Shown in pieces: positions 50,034 through 64,000 of a stretch of 64,000 nucleotides of DNA; within the stretch, counting starts at the first letter, position 1; each line of letters begins with the position of its first letter. The stretch lies in contig CM082577.2 of the NCBI GenBank assembly GCA_040954595.2, forward strand, positions 3,615,703-3,679,702, read 5' to 3'. This DNA is from Balanoglossus misakiensis. Its lineage: Eukaryota > Animalia > Hemichordata. Position numbers and translations under genes: made by a program. The notes beneath the pieces were generated by a model. It was not told the origin of the DNA. It ran no database searches and saw only the letters and a list, made by a program, of their open reading frames with translations.

Positions 50034-51309
50034 ATGTCGGAATACACTGACAAACCTCCTGCATATTCGCCGTCACCCTACCCAGGTAAGTGATGATGAA
50101 AGCGAACGTTGTACGGTTCTAGCAAAGTTGAAACATCCGCTACGTAGTGCACACCTTCAGCTCAGTGGTCACGGTCGTGAGAGCTGTGCGCGTGCACGTC
50201 AACATTCCTTTTTGCCACATAACTCATTTTCATGTTGCTATGTTTCCTTGTTGGGGCCATACTGATACATGAAGAACCCGCACAAACCATGAATCTTGCA
50301 GGCATAAGATCTGCATTGGCAGAGATTTTCACTTGAGCAAAAAACTTGTGATATGCCTGACACATGTCATATAGTTAGACTGAATTTTGTTCTTGTCCTC
50401 TTGGCCAAAAATCGCTGTAGTCAAGTCTGGGAATATTTTTACCATTGCACCCCTACATGTATTACTTCGTCATCAGCATGTCTCTTATTAAACCTACCGG
50501 TATTCTATACTAAACCTGGGATCAAGCTGAAGGGTATTGTCAATGATTAATCAGGCTGGCCTTCATTCATCAATAATCATTGTCAAGTCAACAATGTTTA
50601 AAAGGATACATCAGTATTGGCTTTACCCTTAGGTACATGGCTGTCCTTAAGGTGGGGTCACTCAGGGGGCAGGGGTAACCAAACATGTTGCCACCACAAT
50701 CATGTGAATTATGTTGCCGACAACAGTTGTGTGATGCAACCTTCATTTGGTGTAGTTTGGGGTCAAGGTTGCAGCATGCATCAGTCTGATTTCAGTGCTC
50801 AGTTAATTTTGCAGTTGAAATTCGTTCAGTACAGAATATTTTAGCTGTGTTCGGTTGTTTTTGCTCAAATCAATGGTTTTACATTTAGAGATTTAAATTT
50901 CACTTTCACCCATGTGATTTTACGTCACGTAGACTCGGTTGTTTCACTGTACCGCTCACTCACACCCACTCACAACCATCGTGTCCTCTCTCTTCCAGAT
51001 TACCAACACCCACCACCGCAGAGTTACCAAGGAGGTGCCCCGCCCGGCTACAACACCGGCGCTCCACCCGGCTACCAACCGATACCCACGGCCGGCCAGT
51101 CGTACACCCAGACCACAGTGACCGTGCAACCGCAGACGACCCGAGTGGTGGTGGTTGGAGGGTGCCCGGCGTGTCGGGTGGGCGTTCTGGAAGACGACTT
51201 CACCTGCCTCGGAGTGTGCTGTGCAATCCTGTTTTTCCCCCTTGGTATTCTGTGTTGCCTGGCCTTGAGGCAGAGGAGGTGTCCCAACTGTGGGGCTGTG
51301 TTTGGTTAA
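50034..51309 (+). CDS. BRI3: Brain protein I3-like (BRI3)
   Basis: Exon 1 50034-50085 ([13 protein letters not shown]), exon 2 50999-51309 with [54 protein letters not shown]. Confidence 0.92.
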
Positions 51310-52927
51310 AGATTTACAAGAACTGGGGTCATTACCAAGGGGAGGAGGTCATGCAGAATAATTTAAGCCTAGCAAAGACTTTGACAAACTTGGCAATAAT
51401 TCTGTCTGCCGTGAAAGCTGAAGCCAACTTCTGATAATTCTGCGTACGGACAAGCAGCTGGCTCTGATGTCTTTACATTCTTTGATATAGCTTGTCTTTT
51501 TACGTAAGAATTCATGGAACAAATACATCACCCTCAGAGTAGACCTCGCCCCACACCACCTCATTTTGGTACAGCCTCACTGTTCCTTGCAATGTGGCTG
51601 CATCTAAATAAGGAGGATAGGGGTTTGGCTCATGCTCAGGTAAACATGCTAACAGTTTCAGAAAATGTAGTAGTAGGTCAACTTTGAGGATGTACAACTT
51701 ACTCTGAAAGGTTTTGTCTCGATCCAAATTATTGCATTGAGGGCTGCTGGAAAACCCCACTTCTGCTTTTCTTGTTTTCATGAATTTTGCACAAAGCTCA
51801 ATCACAAAGAATCAGACAAAATAAAATCTGCAATTCAACTAGCTCACCGATCGCACATCCTCACAACTCATTTAAGTTTGAACCATGGAAACTTTCATGA
51901 TTCAAATTAGATGACTTTTAGGATGCTGCAAGAAGCTGTTTTTGAAAAGGCTCAGAAATACTGGTAAAAACTGCGAATATAAATATTGCATCATATCATT
52001 TGTGGTGGTTGGTTTATCCTATTATATAGTACATGTGTTATATAACCAGGGTTTTTCAAGCTAAATGAGTTTATTAAAAGAGGTCCCACACAACAGGGCG
52101 ATTTGACAAGCATTTGATTCTACCCAATGCATTAATATAGCACATCAACCCTCATTTGTGCCTTAGAAACTTTACGACAAGCAAGGTGATAAAATTCACC
52201 TTCAACTGCTGTCAAATCCCAACTACTTGTGCATATATTGTATTGTAATCAGAAATTCCATGTACCAAGATTTAAAAAATTCTTGAATTTTGTACGCAGG
52301 ATTTCAGTTTCCTCAGCATTTATTTCCTTGTATCAGATTCTGTATTAGCATGCTTTAGGTTGCTAATAGTTCTTTACTCCACTGATTCTCGACCATTTAA
52401 ATATGAAATAATTTTTGTTTGTACAAATTACCAGTGGTTTTTGGGCTGTTTCACCAGGCTCATCATAGCCAAACATGTCAAGTTATTTGCAAAATATGTG
52501 AAACTCCTGACAATTGATACTGTTCAAATGAAATTTCTGAAATCTTTATAAAGCAGCTGTCAGAGAGTGTAAGTGTCGATTTTTTATATGGTTTTGAACG
52601 AGCTTGGACATGTATTGATTTTTTTCAATCAGGTATATTTATGTGCCATGCTACATCAATAACATTTTTCCACAAGTGGATTATAAGTTTCAATCAATAA
52701 TTTTGTGTAAATATGTGTATTCATATTTCTGGATTCGTTAGAGCTAGTGTGACATGAAATGTGTACAGGGCCTGTTCAACGCAGTTGTTTGGTGGAAGAG
52801 CCACTTTTGATGGCTTCCCTTCCTTGTACATTGACCAACACTTATTGCATAACTACCCTTAGACCAACTTAATCAGGCTGAATACCAGAGAAATGCATTA
52901 GTGGTAATTTTAACTTTGACGCCTTTA

Positions 52928-53091
52928 CTGTGGCAGTACCGTTTTGTAAAATTTGTTACGCTTAATACATCAGCCAACAATCACGCCCCCCCCCCCCCCC
53001 CCACACCACCAAATTATGTGAATTACTCAAAACAGTTATGATTATACTTATAGGAACCGAGAAGCTATTTTACAAAACAGTAGTGCCACTG
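52928..53091. mobile_element. Small MITE-like element with 25-bp TIRs
   Basis: ctgtggcagtaccgttttgtaaaat versus reverse-complemented right end cagtggcactactgttttgtaaaat (3 mismatches); no clear TSD. Confidence 0.5.
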
Positions 53092-53832
53092 GGAGTAATT
53101 GACCAGCTGGGTGGCTGATGTAAATTTGTATCTCGCTTTGGAAAATAAATTAACAGGATTTTGATTTTGTTTTCCATCTGATTGATCAAGTTGTTGTCTC
53201 TTCTTTCAGTCACAGACCGTGACACCTGAATGGGGTTCATTGTTCATACTGCCAAAGTGATGACAAAGTTATTCATTGTGCACTGTGCAGGAAGTTGTAC
53301 AATGCAGAAAGTATAAGCACGGAAATAGGAAAAGTTTGAATGCAGACTCCCCCCCCCCCCAAAAAAAAAGCATTAGTTAGCTTGTCCATTACGAAGCCAT
53401 AAAAACACACGCCTATAGCCTACAGTTTTTACATCCCAAATCTTGTGAACTCTATACTTTCAGCTTGGCATCATGCTGGAATGTTACCAACCATTCAAAA
53501 AGAGCCACACATGAATTCACGTTTATTTGGGAAGAAAACAGCTTTGCTGAGATTGAATGATACGACAAACTACACTACAGAAATATTGCACCAGGTAGAC
53601 ATTCACGCACAACTATCCTAGAGTTCCTGAAAATCATATTTGTACAAATTATATGTTTGATTTCATTTCGAAGACTCTTCTATTAAAAATTAAAAGAATG
53701 AATCTGTTTTATGTACTGTCTTATGGTATGTACACAGTTAAAAAGAAATTACCAACAAAAGCAAGAATTGTGAGTAAGTTCTCTCTTCATTTTGAAAGTT
53801 CTACCTATTTCAAGTCATGAGTCTGGAAAGAA

Positions 53833-56800
53833 CTATGCCGAGATGTCAAAGAATTTGTCCATCATTTGTTGAATTTGCTCTTCACTGTATTTGATGTACT
53901 TCTCTGGGTTCTTGGTAAACTGAACATTAGCATACCTGCCGAAAAATGGATCGATCACGTTAATCACATGCTGATCACATGTCTGACTTGGAACCAATGA
54001 AATGCTCCTCTCTGCACAGATGTCAAAGATTTTAAAGATGTTTTGAGGCAGAAAGTCTCATCACACATAAAACACTTACTTTTCTCTGAAGAGTTTGTAA
54101 ATTGGCAGTATGAACTCTTTATTGTCCTTGATCAAGATGAGTCTGAGTTCCGAGTCCGGGATGGCGTATGCTTTCTGGATTCTGTAGATTTCTTCAAATT
54201 CAGTGTTGAAACCCTGGCAGAGACACACAAGACAATAGTGAGTGAACACCATCAGTTTTTCTAGCTATAAATGATGCAAATATTTATCATCAGTTTCAGG
54301 CCTACATGAAACCGTACCTGAAGAGGTACAACTACACATGATAAAAGCAAACTACAAGCGATCCAGTCATTAATGTGATATGAGAGCGACATAACTTTGA
54401 CCAAATCTACACTGCCAGGTTTCTGACCTTGAATTTGTCCTTGATATTCTGCCTGTCCTTGTCTTTGAGTTTGGTCCCTCCACTGTCAGGCATACTGGCC
54501 CTCAGAGCTGAGGTCGGTTTCTGGACTTCCAGGATGTGCGTCAACACTTTGCTCCAGCTGTTAGCAACAAGAGATGCGCAAATGACTTTGTAACAGTTTT
54601 CTGATGACATTAACTCAATAAATGCGTGCAGACTTCACAATGATCTTGACTACAATGACTACATGTACAGCTCAACTTAGATGAATTAATGAATAAAGTT
54701 GGCACCTTTTAGAATATTGCCTCTTCTGCTCCAAGATCACGTCTTCGTAGTAACGTCCAACGTTCTTCTGACTTTGCTCTATTAATTTAATCATTCCAGA
54801 TCTATGGAGACAATTACAACAGAACACATTTTTTGGGGTCTCGTACAGTTCTTGAAAATTTCCAGTTTTACAGTACATCAGTCTTTGTACAATTATCCAG
54901 ACTATGGCAAGATCGGTGACTGCTGATCTGTTGTGTGGCAGTGACCAAAGGTCTTACCTAAATTCCATTGAGTGCAACCAACCTTGGACAGAACTGCATC
55001 AAAAGATCAAAAGATGCAGCTGGACTAGACCACTGCATTTTAGGGGTGTGATCACTTACCTCTGGAGGGACTTCAAAATGTAATTGTAGTTGTTGAGTAG
55101 GAAAATTGAACCCAAATTTTGATCTCCATAGATTTTGGTTTTCTGGCTGAGGTTGAGTCCCAATGCACCCAAAACTTTAGCTTTAAAAACAAGAGGGAAG
55201 AAAACTTGATTTGCTGTCATACATACAATGTTTCTTTTTGGCAAGACACATTTAATCATGAAATTAAAATGAAGATTATTCGACTGAATCAGACATACCG
55301 GTGTATATAGACACGCTTTTTCTCTTGGAGTCATCGTGAACTTTGGCTGATTCTGTCAAGAAAAAATTGCAGACTTTCATGTAAAAAAATACACGTACAT
55401 GTAATTTCAATTTCCCCTAAGCATTTGGGACAAAATTACTTCTATTCTGAGCACAGTTTAGAGTCTTAAACAGACTAACTTTCCGAGAAAAAAAACAGCC
55501 ACGTGTACATTCTTACAGTTGTCTTACCTTTAGCACCTCCACTGCCTGCAGCAAGCATGGCACCAGCTGTCTCCACATATTCCATTAAACTCTCCAGGAA
55601 AATAATGGCCTGAAAGAAATATTTGCTACATGGCAACATCGTTGATTCTCAAACTCAGAACCACTGCAATATTTTAACCCAATGCTAATTCTATGGCCTG
55701 ATTTTGAATTGTCAATTTCTCCCAAAATACAAATACAACACAGTGTTGCTATGCATATATATATGTACTTACATTACTAGTCAGTTCATGAACTGTGCCA
55801 TCTTTGGGTATGTTGGACTGTTTATCTGGATCACTCTGTTGAATAAATATGAAAGCATTTTGTTATGAATACTGTGAATAGTGTGGAAACTAATTGAACT
55901 GAGCATGCTCACAGAGACACTCATACAGACACACAGACTCTCCTAATCTCCCCCCCCCCCTCACATACACTACACATGCCTCAAAGATCACATACCTTAA
56001 TTATTTCAAAGAACTCTTCCAAGCCTTTCGATCCTGTCATTTCCATGCTGGTACAAAGCTGTGGAAGTTTGCCTCTCGTCTTTGGTGCAGTTCCCTGAAA
56101 GAACGAATGCAAACAAGTGCAAAGGCAGTTAATGACACTTGGCACAATGTCCTCAATGGTGTAACTGGACCTACATACAGGAAAATAGGGATGTTAGGGT
56201 TTATACAGGCTTCACCTACCTGTAAGGTTTCGTCAAATTCTGGTTTGATGGACTGGAGATGTTTCAGTATTGGCAGTAATGGCAACACAGCTGAGTAGTC
56301 GTGTTTCATAATACTCTTCTTGACCGACTGTACAATTCCCTGCGGACAAAATTGAAGCAGACATAAACTATTAATGGTTATTCAAGTCCATGTGCGTACA
56401 TCCATCTATTGGGCAAGCAGGTGAGTCTTTGCATATAGAATCTGAGTCCCATACATGGTCATATTGTGTGTCTAACCATATGATACCTCCCAACCCTATA
56501 CTTAACCCCTTCACCACTATGGTCCAGTCCAAACCCATTGTTTTCTATGGTAAGGTTGGACCTCTAAAGAGGGAACTGGGTGTGAAAGGGTTAACCCAAC
56601 CACCGACTAAGTGCCTGGCTTACCTCACCATCCTGTATGATGTAATCAAACCCCGGTTGTATAAGAACATCAAATATCTTTCTCTGGTGCTGTTCTGGAA
56701 TGACCCCTGTCATCAGCTGTGCTTCACTCTGCAAAAATACGCAAGGACACAGTGATTGTTAAAAGTCGCTACAATTATCTGAATGTCAATTGTGGCTGAA

Positions 56801-59800
56801 GATGACTGAGCTTGCCATGATGACCTATGACATCTGCACTTCATGATTATATCATCAGTTGAAGATCAGTTCAAAGCCTTGTTGATAGATTATGCATCCA
56901 GTGCAGATGTTCACACAATACAGATGAAGAAATTTTGTTTACCGAGTGTATGTGCATGTGTGTATTTTTAAAATTCTCTATGGTTCTGTATAATGATGTA
57001 AAATGAGTAGAATGGAAACTCTCACCGACCTGCATTAGTTTCAACAAGGCAGTGACACACGTAATGAACGCATCATATTCTACTTCAGCCACCTCTTCAT
57101 ATTTCATATCTGGCGTCATGGGAGACGGGCGACGATAGCCTGAAATTGAGAAATTCAACCTGAATGAATTGCAGGGCAACAGTATCTTAAGCTACAAAGA
57201 TGTCTATTCTCATTGGTTAGAGGATGAAGTGACAAAGGAATTACTGACCAATCAAAAACCACACTTGCCTCCTTCCTCTCCATTAAGAAAAATAAAATCC
57301 AGTCACACAGTCTGCAGGAGACAAAATTGATGTGACAATTCTACTTACCCACATCCAGTTTTGGGAGAGTTGCTGTCTTCTTCTGATATCTGGGGAATCA
57401 AAGGAAAACATTTCTGTACTCTGTCTGAAATCGGAACTTTGTATAGCAACCAACCGGTGCCCTAACAGCCAATTGCCAGCATGCTTTTAGCTTCATTTAA
57501 CATGATTATAGAAATGTCTAGAAAGTCTCATATTTACTGAAAACTGCAGTAAACATACATATGACATGACAGCAGAAACAAAACTACTTACTGAGCTCTC
57601 TTTAATGCAGCTCTCTTCGGCGTATCTTTCACACCCAGCTTGAGTTTTCCACTGCCCTGTACAATAAAAAAAAATATTGACCGTGAAATCTACCATTGCA
57701 AATCTCACAGACGTGGTACGTTCACTATCACAGATCACAACTATTCATAAATTCATCATCTTACCGGTGCAGGGGAGTACGGCGCTCCTGTAGAACCAGA
57801 AGACTTCTTGTGGAGGTGGTCCTTGAGTCCTTCTAGGGACCGCAGCAGAACATTGGACCTGATCTGGTGGTACACGTTCATGAAATCTAAACTGGCCCGG
57901 CCCATCAACCACTTGGCTATCTCTGCCAACTCCTCCATGGTTCTCTCTGAGAGAAAGGATGATGCAGCAATGAGTCAGTAACCATGACAGCATTCCAGAA
58001 CTGCTTCATGAAGTGAATATACAATGAACATCAATTACACTTACACAAGAAATACAGCACATCACCAGACAAAATGCAGTTTCTACCACAGCATTACAAC
58101 AACAGAAATTACAAGACTAGAAAAAGATGTGACAAATCCACTCAAGCAAGAATACAGTTGGTGCAACTTGATGCATTCAGAATCAGTGACAGTAAAACAA
58201 GACTCAACCGTCCCACCCCCATTTCTACATATACTGATCCGTCTACGTCACTGGAAGAAATCAGGACTGGAACAATACAGTAGAAGGAGGAGGGGGTGAG
58301 TGGGTCAAGATAGGAACACACCATTTAATGCACAGATAACTAACCTGGCAATTGCTCTAGAGGTATGTCATCTCCCGCTAGCTCTGAGAGAAAGAAAGCA
58401 TTTTTTTTCTTTTACAAAAATAAATAATAAAACTCATGCAGTGTGCGGAAGACACCTCAACCCCAAAAATAAACATGAGAAGATTTGCTTCAACAAGGCA
58501 GGGTGCATTGAAACCATACTGTAACACAGTAATGTATATGTTGAAATGTTTCGGATGCAGTGTGCTTATAACCAGCACAGGCCCTTGCACATACCGTAAC
58601 AGCATAACAGCTTACCTTCATCTGTACCGATCATATCGAGTATCATTACAGGAGGTACAGGTTTGCTGTGTCTCGTCAGCAATGTGCGGAATTCTCTCTC
58701 CAACCCTTCTCTGCCCGACTCAAATAAAGATTTCTGTCACATGCAAAACAAGACAATTCTCAACAGAGTGTGTCAATGCATCAATGGGGTGTCTCTACAA
58801 AAATAAACTACCGGTATACAGAGACAAACATCATTTTTCAAGAGGTTCCCAAATCCAACGATATAGCATACTGCTGTTCAGAAATGACCAAGCACAACTA
58901 GATTTTCAGTATAAACTTACTGCTGTGTGTAACTCTGGACTCCCAGGGTTATTTTCAGTGAAAAACTCTACCGCGTTCTCTATTTTGCCCATACACTCCA
59001 AATATTTCTCAATATTTCCACTTGGCCTGTGAATGAAACCCACAGTGATTCAGAAACAGAAATACTGAAATGGTTATTGATTCACAATTCAACTACAAAT
59101 AATGTGGTCCAATATTTATCACTAATGGATATTTCATAAATTTGTATAAAATACCAAACAAATTTTCAGCTGTACTGAAATATACAGGAAAGTGTTATAG
59201 CATTTTTTGGTCGTAGCTTGGCAAGGATGATGATTTCCTTGCACATACATGTATGTATGCTCATTGGCTCCAGATTTTCATCCACTGGTATAACACAAAG
59301 CAATGGCAAGAAGCAGACTTACCCTTCTTGTATTGTTCCTTCTACTTCTCTGGCGACATCGTAATAACATATCACATGATCAAATGCCCCAAGGGTTTTC
59401 TCAATATCTGGTGTTCATAGTCAAGGTTATTGTCATGAAATATTAATACATAACAGTATCTCACAGCAAGCGGCACTGACAACAGACTTGCCCTGTTGTC
59501 TTCGTGATGGCCAGTCTATGTGTACAGTGTACTTGGCCTAGGCACAACAAAGGATACTCTCTTGGAGTTGCTGTAAGCTGATAGTTTCTTTGTGTACGGG
59601 TTTGATGGTAGCTTCTAATTTGTGAAGACGGTTTTCAAATGAGCTCAGTATAGACACCTGAAAAGGAGATATGCAATCTTCTTATACATATACGTATAAA
59701 AAATAGGTTGGAAAAAAATGTTTTCTAATTAGTTATTTTACTTGTGTGCATCTAGGAGGCATCCCAAGTAGTAAGTAAAGCGGTGTCCACTATAAATTAG

Positions 59801-60411
59801 ACAATGAAGAAATTCTGTTAACTTTACCATCAATATCATAATATGTTGATGATATATATGACTCACCATATTATTTGTCAACTGGTCACTTTTATTCAGG
59901 CTATCTCTCAACTGATGCAAGTTGCTGGATTCCTGGCAAAACAAAAGTTGTGCACATAACCATCACTTACATGTACAAATTTCAGTCTGAAGTATTCCAC
60001 GAAAAAGACTACATCAATATTGATTTACTAGGGTTGAGCATCTTACATCTATCAACCATAATTATTATATTTGAATGTGAAAGGGCTACAAACAGAGATA
60101 ATGCCCAAGATCTTTATAAAACGTAAACATTTCCGACCAACATGCCCCGCCCACTTTCAGATGAGCTATCCATTCCTCGTAATAATTATTTTGTTCAAGG
60201 ATCTGATTGTCTTACGGGAGTGTGGCATAAAATATCACTGCTATGTTATTTTGGGTATTGAAAAAAATACCACTGCCAATGTTTCATCCTTCATCACTCA
60301 AAAGTCAGCTTTCCTCAACCAACGAATTTTCTACTTCCGGTAAAATGTCAACACACTCACCTGACGAAGCTTTTCGTCTATTTCTCGCCTACTGATCACT
60401 TTCCCTTCCAT
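53833..60411 (-). CDS. EXOC7: Exocyst complex component 7 (Exo70)
   Basis: About 21 short exons: start MEGKVISRREIDEKLRQ, SILSSFENRLHKLEATIKPVHKET, LLTRHSKPVPP, YHQIRSNVLLRSL, PKDGTVHELTSN, IFLLNNYNYILKSL, KDKDRQNIKDKFK, FTKNPEKYIKY, end FFDISA*. Confidence 0.93.
56502..56594. mobile_element. TTAA-CCC MITE family copy (opposite orientation) with TTAA on both sides
   Basis: TTAAccccttcacc...gtgaaagggTTAA; reverse complement of 191-283. Confidence 0.85.
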
Positions 60412-60945
60412 TGTGACACGACCAGTGGTTAAGTAACTCTACAGTCTACGAGCGTCCACGGGAAATGCGGGAACTTTGGTGACAGAAATGTTCAAAATCA
60501 AACTTGATCACATCGTGTCGTCGTTGCTCGAGACGAACAAGTCCTTGTCTGCTGTAATCGTTTGTTTGGTATTCATTACTCCAGTATATAATGGCACTTC
60601 AAGGATCGTCTCCCACTTTATTTGCTTACGACAGCGTAGACTGGCAAACGTTCGTAAGACCAGTAATCATATGAGACAAATGCTCTTGAATGTTCACAAA
60701 AATTACAAATTACCACATTTTAGTCTTTATCCAGGCTTGTGCGAGGTTGACTTTGTGGTCTCTTGTGGGCATTTTATCAATATGGCCCTCTAGGGAAGAT
60801 TCTATCGCATGCCTTCGTTTTCATAAAATCAAATTCAAACACTGTCCTAGCGTATTCTTTATTACCAAAATTTAATAAGCATTAAAATTTGATTTCAGAT
60901 GTCGTGTCTGTATGTCGTTTGCTGTAGAAGCGTGGAGGGGCTTCA

Positions 60946-63392
60946 TCAGACGCCAGCTGACACGATGCCTCCATCTATGGGCAGACATACTCCGTGAATC
61001 ATGGCCGCTTTGTCACTCAGAAGATAGACTATCGTATTCACTACATCGTCAATCTCTGAAAATAATTCAAATGATAACGGAATTTAAGCTGTGTCAATTT
61101 AATATGGTGTAACAGTCAATGAACTAGTCACCCTCGATGACGAAAAGCGCAAAGCATCAGAATAACTTTCTATTTACACTTGTTTTCGCAGACAAACGCT
61201 GTATGTGTTTTTCCTAACAATGGCATCAGGTTTGCCAAGAATCACCGACGGAGAATGGTGCTTGGATAGAATATGTTACTGGCAACTCACCAGCAAATCT
61301 TCCGAGAGGAATTCTCTTCATCATAGGGCCGCCCTTCGCCGGATCTGCCCAACATTTCTTGCCGAGCTCTGTCAATACAACTGTTGGGTTGACCGCATTC
61401 ACCCGAATCTGGAAGGATCACGCATATGTTCTTTAGAACGCTCAAATACGCCATTTCAGCCATATGGAGGTGATGTATACCTTTAACGTCGTGTCCGCAG
61501 GACGTTTTATACGTAACGCGGACGCGCATTTTAGTATCACACGGTCTTGGAGCAAGACTAACATTTACATATGTAACACATCACAGGAGAGCAACACTAA
61601 TATTGTAGATTTAACAATTGGTTACAGATTTTGACCGCTTCTTTTATATTGGCTGAAAGCAACTTACTTTATGAGGACCCAGCTCCATGGCCATCGTTCT
61701 TGTTAAAGAATCAACGCCCCCCTTACTGGCAGCTTCGCAGAGAAAAGCAAGAAATAGCTATTGTTAAATGATATCCACTGAAGAAAGTAAGGTAAAAGTA
61801 GGAATGTTACTGGAGAAAAATGACCCTGAATTGTAGCGAGTAGCGACAGACCAGTGGTCAAAAAATCTTGTGTGACTAAAATCTCAAAGTATCTCAAAGC
61901 ATTAAATTTGCATCAATGTTTCGCAACAGAGTGGTTTGGAGCCCCTTTGCTAACTTACAATAAACGCAGTGGTTATTTAGGCCTATAAGCGATGCTTGAC
62001 TAGAAACGTTCACTATAGCTCCACCAGAACCTCTTGCCACCATTGTACGGGCTACAATCTGAAACACAGAGAGAAAAAAGACAACATACTTACATATGGT
62101 CCACACAGGAAATTCGGCGTAGATACAGAAGAAACATATTGCCTGCGTATTTTGCCTACACCACGGTTACTGCATTCCCACCTCAAAGATGCCTATATAC
62201 CTATTAGGTGTATCCCATTTCTGTCAAACTTTCCAGTGAGTGTATTTATTCTAACTAACCTACCTGAGATACTTGAATACAGGACCGTAGATTTGTGTTA
62301 ATTGTTCTGTAATAGAAAATTATCAAACCTTTGCTATGTACATGTATATACCTATAGTATTTTAAAGGTACGGCTCTTTACGCATAAAAACAAGTTTCCA
62401 ACATTCTTGTATTCCTCGATATTTATTAAACAAAAGCTATAACTCTTCCAACTATCATACCATGATGGTATTCTTACTGTTCAAAAACATCCTTTGTCAC
62501 GTCAAGAAGTGGCTGGAGTATCCCGATACCAGCGTTGTTGACTAGCAGATCAACAGGACCAATAGACTCTATGGCCTTCTGTGTTTCATCCCAGTCACAG
62601 AGATCCACGGCTATGGTGTGGATCTCGGGTACCTTTTGAATAAAAAAAAAACGAAACGTATATGAGAATGATATAAATAGTCTGACACACTTGTGTGATC
62701 CCTTACCAATTAGAAAAGAGACTGCTTAAAAAAATAATTAAATGCACATCACCTCTTGTTTTAAGGTATCCAGGTGTGATTGAGTTCGGCTCACTGCATA
62801 CGTTGTAGCACCACACTTGACCAGTAATTTGGCTAGATCACGACCAATGCCTGCAATGATTCTCAGAGAATGAGATGAGACAAGCAGACTGTTCAGGCCA
62901 GCAGTCACGTATATGTGTCTACAGCACTGTTAACCTATAGAGCTAGGCCATCACAACACTTTACAGTGGTCACAACATTGTACATAGCCCCTGTCACAGT
63001 AATGGGACGTCTTTGCCGACACTATGCCAACACATGACCCGCACCACGGGGCTGTATCAAGGTCTGCAATACAGGGCGCATTGTTTTTTGTCTGTTTTTC
63101 CATGTGTTTTATAACGCAGGCCAGCAAAGCTGTGTTTAAAAAACTGGTGATCATTGAATGTGCATCTGAAAATAGACCAGGCAATTCTGTATCGGTGGCA
63201 CTTTTCTCAAGGTCACATAAGGTCGCATAAGGTCCAATGCACATAATAGCTTTTGAGTTATGTTAACAGTTGAAGAGCTTGAAAATGCTCTTTTATTATA
63301 TGTCTATGTGCTCACCAACCGCGTATACAAATGTACCTACCTTGTCCAGCTCCTGTTACAACAGCTGTTTTTCCATCAAATCGTACCGCCAT
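60946..63392 (-). CDS. DCXR: L-xylulose reductase / dicarbonyl reductase (SDR family)
   Basis: [49 protein letters not shown] (YxxxK), [32 protein letters not shown]. Eight exons between 63392 and the stop at 60946. Confidence 0.92.
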
Positions 63393-64000
63393 CGTATGGC
63401 TTGTGATATGAGTACTGTATATTAAAAATAGCGTTTGCCATGTTTAATATGTATTGAGGGCACACTATTGCGTAGTCCGATACTCAAATCATAATCATTC
63501 TGGTTGGAGGAAACCAGCATACCTTCTCCAAATAGCTGTGTTTCCACAGCTATGGGAATTTTGGTAACTGCACCCGGCCGAATTACTGCATAAACTCCTG
63601 TTCCTGAGACTTTCACTGAGACAAATCTAATATGGAGAATTTATTCCGAGAATGTGTCTTTTCTGTCATACAGTTTCTAGATCTGTTGATACAGGGAGTC
63701 CGATTGTGCTATATGGTGAACTTTGAAAACAGCAGTATTACTTTAACTTGAGGAAACGTTGCACGATTCTGGACGCGTTATATAAAAAAATTATATTACA
63801 ATGAAGAGTCAGAGAGTCGACAGCACCAGAACAGACGTCGGTTATCGAACGGACTGATACTTGATTTTTCTGATGGCGACACTCGACCTAGATGCGGGGT
63901 TTATAGCCCACTTTTCGATTTGGTCATTCTAAATCCTGTGTGCCGCACGAGGCACCCGGCCCCCAGCCCCTGCCCCAGGAAGCATCATCGACCACATAAC

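Noticed and set aside
52986-53370. Poly-C tracts (also 8869, 17083 poly-G, 41503, 55950) and short CAC/CAT/GT microsatellites
   Set aside because: Ordinary low-complexity sequence with no additional structure.
58436-59032. 198-aa plus-strand ORF and similar antisense ORFs (e.g. 46300-46815, 37470-37940, 14298-14729)
   Set aside because: They overlap real exons on the opposite strand and have no recognisable motifs.

Overview
Intron-rich eukaryotic (metazoan) DNA; the compact genes with vertebrate-like homologues suggest a marine invertebrate, possibly a deuterostome (inference only). Most short ORFs in the track are exon fragments or noise. Gene order: two tandem SLC26A11-like sulfate transporters (-), head-to-head with three tandem SGSH/sulfamidase-like sulfatases (+), then LRRC45 (-), a Golgi-type sulfotransferase (-) split by a 3.48-kb foldback transposon, an HS3ST-like sulfotransferase (+), BRI3 (+), EXOC7 (-) and DCXR (-). 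Main observations: (1) the foldback element (40249-43728) has an 8-bp target duplication, arms built from 10/31-bp CGAAGGA modules, a nested hAT-like MITE, a Penelope-like RT fragment and GT...AG splice-like ends, and removing it restores the sulfotransferase frame exactly. (2) SGSH copy 2 has a duplicated active-site exon that must be spliced mutually exclusively. (3) SGSH copies 2 and 3 replace the sulfamidase-diagnostic Arg with an O-sulfatase-type Lys and look homogenised by exon-limited gene conversion. (4) Seven sulfate-handling genes lie within about 47 kb. Several small MITE families are also present. Exon coordinates were read by eye and may be off by a few bases.
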